This document shows, piece by piece, positions 27,541 through 32,000 of a DNA stretch of 32,000 nucleotides. The notes below the pieces were generated by a model. It ran no database searches. It was not told where the DNA came from and was given only the letters and a program-made list of their open reading frames with translations. The stretch spans positions 1,650,001-1,682,000 of the forward strand of contig NC_014148.1 of NCBI RefSeq assembly GCF_000092105.1, written 5' to 3'. Source of the stretch: Planctopirus limnophila DSM 3776. Lineage in GTDB: Bacteria > Planctomycetota > Planctomycetia > Planctomycetales > Planctomycetaceae. Position numbers and translations under genes: made by a program. The stretch's first letter is position 1. Each line of letters begins with the position of its first letter.

Positions 27541-29349
27541 ATGACCGTTCGTCGCTATCGTGCCCCGCAAGGGGATGGCGAGCTTCTGATTGAGCCATCG
27601 ATCAGCTCGGTCATCAATTCTTTGCTTGAGGATGTTCAGCACAGCCCCGCGTATCGGACTCCCGGCCAGAACGTTGCCCGAAATGAAGTTCTGACCCTCG
27701 CAGTCGAATACTCGAGGAAGCTCGCTCAATGGGCAGGGGTGCCTGCGAGTCAGATTTCAGCAAGATTGAATTCGGCGGAACTTAATCCTGATCTGATCAT
27801 TGCGACAGGCCATCAACCGGAGTGGTTTCATCCCGGCGTTCTGGCAAAAAACATTGCCGCCCATGCGATTGCTCAAAAGCTCCGTCAATCGGGAAAAAAT
27901 GCCATCGCAATCAATCTGATTGTCGACAGTGACGAGCTGGACGATGTCACTGTTCCCGTTCCCACAGGAACCCGGGAAGCTCCGCAGATCAATCCCTTGC
28001 CATTTTTCACTTTGACGAAACGAACCCCTTGGGAAGAAGTTCGTAATCAGAATCATCTGAAATTCGATCAGTTCTCGCAGAACATTTTCGAAGCGTTAAA
28101 GCCATGGCAAGTCGTACCCGCGATCTCTGCTCTCAAAATGCCCTCTGCAGATCATCCTTCAAAGCATGCCGACGTGGAGCGCAATGAACAGGATTCGCTC
28201 AGCCCGAATGATGCCCGCCTGTGTGATCTGATTGCCTCCGTCCGGCTGCAGTGGGAACGTAGCGAGCAGATCGAGAACCTGGAGATTCCCCTTTCTCAGA
28301 TTGCCAGTACCAGATCGTTTCAATTCTTTCTGCTCGATTGGATGCGAAACGCAGTCAGTCATTGCCATGCCTACAATCGGATCGTTCAGGCGTTCCGGGA
28401 TGAATATGGAATCCAGGGGCAACAGCGACCCGTCCCGAATCTCTTAATAGTATCGGCACTTGATCATTCCGCATTCCCCGAAAGTCTCAATGGCGAAAGA
28501 GTGGAGATCCCCTTCTGGGTATGGAATGAGCCTGAAGAGGCAGCATCGGTCGAACGAGAGCGACTCTTTGTGCGGCATGTTGACCAGCAGCTCGAACTCT
28601 CCACTTCCCGAAAAATCATTGGCTACCTGCCTGCCTCACCCGATGATGCAGAGGCGGCAATCCAACAACTCAGCATTTGGGCACAGGAGGGGCTACGCAT
28701 CCGCTCACGAGCATTGACGACGACCTTGTTTGCCAGGCTCTATCTTTGCGATCTGTTCATTCACGGGATCGGTGGCGCGATTTACGATCAGATTACAGAT
28801 CGGCTCATTGAAACAATTTATGGTCAGCACATCCCGCAGTTTCTTGTCGTAACGGCCACATTACATCTGCCACTGGGTGAAGGCTTTTCGGCCACGATGG
28901 CGGATGTGCGCAGACATCAGGCCTTACTGAGAGATTTGGAGCAGAACCCGTGGAGGCATCTCCCTTCATGTGAAGAACTCTCGTCGCGGGCAGATCTCAA
29001 TCACCAGATGCTGTGCAGACAACTGGCCCAGCTTCGTCAAGAGCGGGATTTACTGCTGATGGAGCAAAAGATCTGTGATCAGAAAGCAGATCGAAATCTA
29101 CCGCGAAGAACGCGCCGTCAAAAAAATCGTCAACGTTACCTTCGATTGAATGAGATTCGCAGAGAGTTACTCACGATCGTTTCTCCGCAGATCCAAAAGG
29201 TTCGTGAGGATATCGAAATTCTCCGTCAGGAAGTGGCTGCGAACAAAATTCTCAAGTCGCGCGAGTATCCCTGGTGCCTCTTTCCCGTCGAAGATCTCCA
29301 CCGACTGGTCACTCAAATCCAGGCGGCCGCAGACTTCGCCATTCAATAA
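27541..29349 (+). CDS. Hypothetical protein with BshC-like signatures and a C-terminal coiled coil
   Basis: The long ORF has its maximum start at GTG 27409. I prefer ATG 27541, which lies 9 nt after a GGAG, because the preceding 44 codons are R/S-rich and look non-coding. ATG 27463 is also possible. The motifs IIATGHQPEWFHPGVLAKNIAAHAIA and RSRALTTTLFARLYLCDLFIHGIGGAIYDQ, together with a basic coiled-coil tail, parallel what I recall of the BshC family layout. Coding confidence is high and function confidence is low. Confidence 0.7.
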   Translation: MTVRRYRAPQGDGELLIEPSISSVINSLLEDVQHSPAYRTPGQNVARNEVLTLAVEYSRKLAQWAGVPASQISARLNSAELNPDLIIATGHQPEWFHPGVLAKNIAAHAIAQKLRQSGKNAIAINLIVDSDELDDVTVPVPTGTREAPQINPLPFFTLTKRTPWEEVRNQNHLKFDQFSQNIFEALKPWQVVPAISALKMPSADHPSKHADVERNEQDSLSPNDARLCDLIASVRLQWERSEQIENLEIPLSQIASTRSFQFFLLDWMRNAVSHCHAYNRIVQAFRDEYGIQGQQRPVPNLLIVSALDHSAFPESLNGERVEIPFWVWNEPEEAASVERERLFVRHVDQQLELSTSRKIIGYLPASPDDAEAAIQQLSIWAQEGLRIRSRALTTTLFARLYLCDLFIHGIGGAIYDQITDRLIETIYGQHIPQFLVVTATLHLPLGEGFSATMADVRRHQALLRDLEQNPWRHLPSCEELSSRADLNHQMLCRQLAQLRQERDLLLMEQKICDQKADRNLPRRTRRQKNRQRYLRLNEIRRELLTIVSPQIQKVREDIEILRQEVAANKILKSREYPWCLFPVEDLHRLVTQIQAAADFAIQ

Positions 29350-29608
29350 CAAGTGGTGAGGTTGGCTGATCTTGATGCGAGATCGCAACGCGGTGTTCAA
29401 AGTCTTTTACACTTTGAAAGCCTGCTGGCAGGAGCCTTCTCTTTTCTGAACCAGAGAGCATGACGGGCATCTTGCCAAACCCTCGATTGCGTGTATTCTC
29501 CAGCGAGGCATGGTTGCGAAGTCTTCCAGATGTGTGGCTTCAGCCGTGCCTTTGATTTTCGCTACGACCGATACCAACACGTTTGAATCACATAACGGGG
29601 AATTCGAA

Positions 29609-30358
29609 ATGTTTCGCATGGCTGCCATCTCGACTTTGGCAAGTGCTCTTTTGCTGTCGTTATCTTTTCACCCCTCAGAATCTTTACAAGCGGGCCATCG
29701 ACACCGATCGAATTGTTCGGGATGTTCTGCTCCAACATGCAGCGGAGCCACCTGTGCCGGCTCTTCGTTCTCGGGAGGAACTGGACTGGTCTGGGCGAAT
29801 GGTGGCCCTGGATATACCTGTGCTCAGCCGGTCTGCTCTGGCCCCGTTTGTGCCGGACCCGTTTGTTCTGGGCCTGCATGTTCTGGGCCTGCATGTGCTG
29901 GAAGTGTCTGTTCATCGCCGGTGTGGGAATCCACTTCTGGATGCCAAAGTTGCAGTGGTCGCCGCAGGCATCATGCCCGTCGCCCGCTCGTTTGTAGTGA
30001 ACCGTTGGCCTGCAGTGCTCCCGAATGGACTCCCGTGGGTTGTCAGCAGGCCCTTGACGGAGTGACCTATGGTGCAGCCAGTTGGGCCGATTCTGTACCA
30101 GTGGTGCCGGTACCGTTCAACTGGGAAGGAACTTCGGTATCCGTCATGCCACAAGCTGCCGTTTGCTCACAGCCGGAATTGAACGCCGTCCATGCCGGTG
30201 AGATTCCTGCTCCTTCAACGGGATGGTCGAGCGATGCCTACACACTTCCAACAGTCGGAACCACGGCCCTGAAGTATCTTTCACCTTATCAGGCCCCATT
30301 GCCCCTCTCGTTTCCGGCGGCCCCGCCGGTTCCTGCAGCCGAAGATCTTGTCTGGTGA
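29609..30358 (+). CDS. Secreted Cys/Pro-rich pentapeptide-repeat protein
   Basis: The signal peptide is MFRMAAISTLASALLLSLSFHPSESLQA, and there are 17 Cys in the 249-aa product by my count. The Cys residues fall into two blocks with 5-residue periodicity: CSAPT-CSGAT-CAGSS, and TCAQP-VCSGP-VCAGP-VCSGP-ACSGP-ACAGS-VCSSP. The C-terminal tail is Pro/Ala-rich. The track ORF begins at 29510, but I prefer ATG 29609 because of the signal peptide. Confidence 0.65.
   Translation: MFRMAAISTLASALLLSLSFHPSESLQAGHRHRSNCSGCSAPTCSGATCAGSSFSGGTGLVWANGGPGYTCAQPVCSGPVCAGPVCSGPACSGPACAGSVCSSPVWESTSGCQSCSGRRRHHARRPLVCSEPLACSAPEWTPVGCQQALDGVTYGAASWADSVPVVPVPFNWEGTSVSVMPQAAVCSQPELNAVHAGEIPAPSTGWSSDAYTLPTVGTTALKYLSPYQAPLPLSFPAAPPVPAAEDLVW
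29816..29920 (+). repeat. In-frame tandem 15-nt repeat (7 units) encoding x-C-[SA]-[GQS]-[PS] pentads
   Basis: The units, read directly, are acctgtgctcagccg / gtctgctctggcccc / gtttgtgccggaccc / gtttgttctgggcct / gcatgttctgggcct / gcatgtgctggaagt / gtctgttcatcgccg. Units 4 and 5 share 21 identical nt (gcatgttctgggcctgcatgt). Confidence 0.9.
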
Positions 30359-30389
30359 TGATCGACCATCGATAAACGCCATCTACATG

Positions 30390-30435
30390 CCTCACACAAC
30401 TCGACTGAACTGGTCGGAATGTGTGAGGTTTTTCC
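30390..30435 (+). terminator. Rho-independent terminator downstream of the Cys-rich protein gene
   Basis: CCTCACACA (30390-30398) pairs perfectly with TGTGTGAGG (30420-30428). An inner CGAC/GTCG helix is present, and the stem is followed immediately by TTTTTCCTTTCT. The structure starts 32 nt after the stop codon. Confidence 0.65.
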
Positions 30436-30688
30436 TTTCTGAGGGATGTCTCAATTGCTTGCAACTTCTGAGACACATCCCAGGCATCAACCGTGAGTTG
30501 ACGGTCATTGATCTTGCTTGCTCGGAGCCGCAGGCATGGCACACAAGACGCTGTTTAAGTCTGGAATCCGTATGAAGTTGAAGTCTTGACCCTTAAACTC
30601 TCCCCCTGAGCTTTACACCGATCCCTGATTTCGATTACGACGCTTTCATTGGAATCAGCAAAGTGGTGACATCGAAGGATGGGGCAGG

Positions 30689-32000
30689 ATGTCGCAGGAG
30701 TCGAGTGCAGGCCTGTGGGTAAAGCTCGCCCGTCAGTGGGGTGTGAGCCGGGCTGTGGCTTTTGCTGTCGCTTCCAGGTTATGGCAACTGGTGACGGGCC
30801 CTGTCACTGTATTGCTGGTGGCTTCGCAACTGACCGAGGACGAACAGGGATACTTCTTTACATTCAGCAGTTTGCTCAATCTCCAGAACATGTTTGAACT
30901 GGGATTGACGATCGTTTTTCTCAATCTTTCCAGCCATAGCTTTGCGAATTGTCGCCCTTCCCGAAGCTCCGTAAATGGCAACTGGGAATGGAATGGTGCC
31001 GACGAAGAAAAATCGAGAGCTGCCAGTCTGCTGTATCAAGGCTTGTGGTGGAGTCTGGTGCAAGCCAGTCTCTTTCTGGTCATGGTGTCAGGTCTGGGAA
31101 TCTATTTTTTTTCACTGGAAGCCGATTCCTATTCGATCAACTGGTTCTACCCCTGGCTGGCTGTGGTTTTCTGTGCTGGTTGCTCTCAGGTACAGGCCAT
31201 TCCTCTGACGTATCTGGAAGGTGCTGGAGAAGTCCTGCCAATTCAACGCATGCGGTTTCTGATGGCAGTTGCCGGTACAACCAGCATGTGGTTGACGTTG
31301 TGGTTTCAGCTGGGACTATGGTGTGCTGCTGCCGTCGCGATGACCCGCGTCGTCTTTGAGTTCGGTTATCTCGCTTTTATTCAGCGCGCCTTCCTGCTCA
31401 TGATCCTCCGGCAGAAGATTACAACGCGGTACAACTGGTGGAGTGCTGCCTGGCCTTTGCAACTGAGAGCTGGCTTGCAGGGGTTACTGGTCACCTTGTC
31501 CACAGCACCGCTCATTCCGGTGGTGTTTGCCTATACGGGGCCAGCTGCAGCGGGAAGATTGGGACTGGTTCATTCGGTCCTCAGTTCGATGAATTCGGCA
31601 GCAGCAGCCTGGTTACAGACGAGAATTCCCGTACTCACGACTCTTGCTACCCAGAAAAACTTTTTTGCTTTCCGAGAGCTATATTCTCGCTCATTCCGGC
31701 AGTCCAATCTCTTTCTTGCCGCCATGATGCTGTTGTTTCTGCTGGCGATCTGGCTGGTACCTGTTGTGGCCGATCCACCCGAGATTGTGCGTCCCTGGAC
31801 GATCGGCTGGCTGGCACAGAAGCTCGAACCAAGATTGCCACCACTTTTGCCAGCATCACTCCTGGCGATGGCACTGTTCGTGCATCATCAATGTGCTTCG
31901 GCCACGTTATTCGTGCGCTGCCACATGTACGATCCGTTCCTCAAAGTCAGTTTTGTTTCCCATCCGGTTTCGGGACTATTGATCTGGATGTGGGGCAGTT
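30689..32000 (+). CDS. Polytopic membrane protein, possibly a MOP/Wzx-like polysaccharide flippase. The 3' end lies outside the window.
   Basis: This ORF is not in the supplied track because it has no stop in the window. I translated frame 2 by hand. It is open from ATG 30689 to the window end (437 codons), with an in-frame TGA at 30626 upstream. The product begins MSQESSAGLWVKLARQWGVSRAVAFAVASRLWQLVTGPVTVLLVASQLTEDEQGYFFTFSSLLNLQNMFELGLT... and has many hydrophobic segments. The N-terminal pattern resembles polysaccharide-biosynthesis/flippase proteins. Confidence 0.7.
   Translation, partial: MSQESSAGLWVKLARQWGVSRAVAFAVASRLWQLVTGPVTVLLVASQLTEDEQGYFFTFSSLLNLQNMFELGLTIVFLNLSSHSFANCRPSRSSVNGNWEWNGADEEKSRAASLLYQGLWWSLVQASLFLVMVSGLGIYFFSLEADSYSINWFYPWLAVVFCAGCSQVQAIPLTYLEGAGEVLPIQRMRFLMAVAGTTSMWLTLWFQLGLWCAAAVAMTRVVFEFGYLAFIQRAFLLMILRQKITTRYNWWSAAWPLQLRAGLQGLLVTLSTAPLIPVVFAYTGPAAAGRLGLVHSVLSSMNSAAAAWLQTRIPVLTTLATQKNFFAFRELYSRSFRQSNLFLAAMMLLFLLAIWLVPVVADPPEIVRPWTIGWLAQKLEPRLPPLLPASLLAMALFVHHQCASATLFVRCHMYDPFLKVSFVSHPVSGLLIWMWGS

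Noticed and set aside
29583-30065. Alternative plus-strand frames run across the Cys-repeat gene: 160 aa at 29583-30065 and 94 aa at 29713-29997. An antisense ORF lies at 29562-29915.
   Set aside because: These ORFs lack a signal peptide and periodicity. The chosen frame has both, and it places every repeat unit in frame.
30679-31359. The track lists ORFs at 30679-30897 (72 aa), 30949-31359 (136 aa) and 30975-31208 (77 aa).
   Set aside because: All three are out of frame with the uninterrupted 437-codon frame-2 ORF that starts at 30689 and encodes a coherent multi-TM protein.
1-32000. I scanned the whole window for CRISPR arrays, rRNA/tRNA/tmRNA/RNase P, transposases, integrases, phage genes and known defence or toxin-antitoxin modules.
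   Set aside because: None was recognised. The only PIN domain belongs to a YacL-type PIN-TRAM membrane protein with no antitoxin partner. The only repeats are the two palindromic elements and the in-frame 15-nt tandem repeat.

Overview
The window looks like ordinary chromosomal DNA, most likely from a Planctomycetota genome. That assignment is an inference from a DUF1559/prepilin-type 'GFTLIELLVVIAII...' gene and several lineage-style hypothetical proteins. I support about 25 protein-coding genes, including two that run off the window edges. The one at 30689..>32000 is absent from the supplied ORF track. Recognisable genes are a thioredoxin-fold protein, a radical SAM enzyme, a TgpA-like transglutaminase, a GspF/PilC-type platform protein, a cytochrome c'-like haem protein, a HemX/CcsA-like protein coupled to hemA, a PIN-TRAM (YacL-like) protein, glutaminyl cyclase, a nitroreductase, a DUF1559 pseudopilin-like protein, a PaaK-like adenylating enzyme, serine O-acetyltransferase, a CPBP intramembrane protease and a GT2 glycosyltransferase. 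I found no rRNA, tRNA, CRISPR array, transposase, integrase or known defence system. The items most worth a second look are listed here. (1) A co-directional cluster at 26.4-32 kb: GT2, a 600+ aa protein with BshC-like signatures, a secreted Cys/Pro pentapeptide-repeat protein, and a flippase-like membrane protein. (2) A secreted protein that is extremely rich in Gly, Tyr and Trp and converges on, and overlaps, the CPBP protease gene. (3) A 1160-aa FHA, coiled-coil, acidic, transmembrane protein transcribed divergently from a translationally coupled zinc-ribbon/secreted-protein pair. (4) Two inverted copies of a roughly 110-120 nt palindromic intergenic element that bracket a three-gene block. 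All functional calls rest on motifs read by eye, and no database search was possible.
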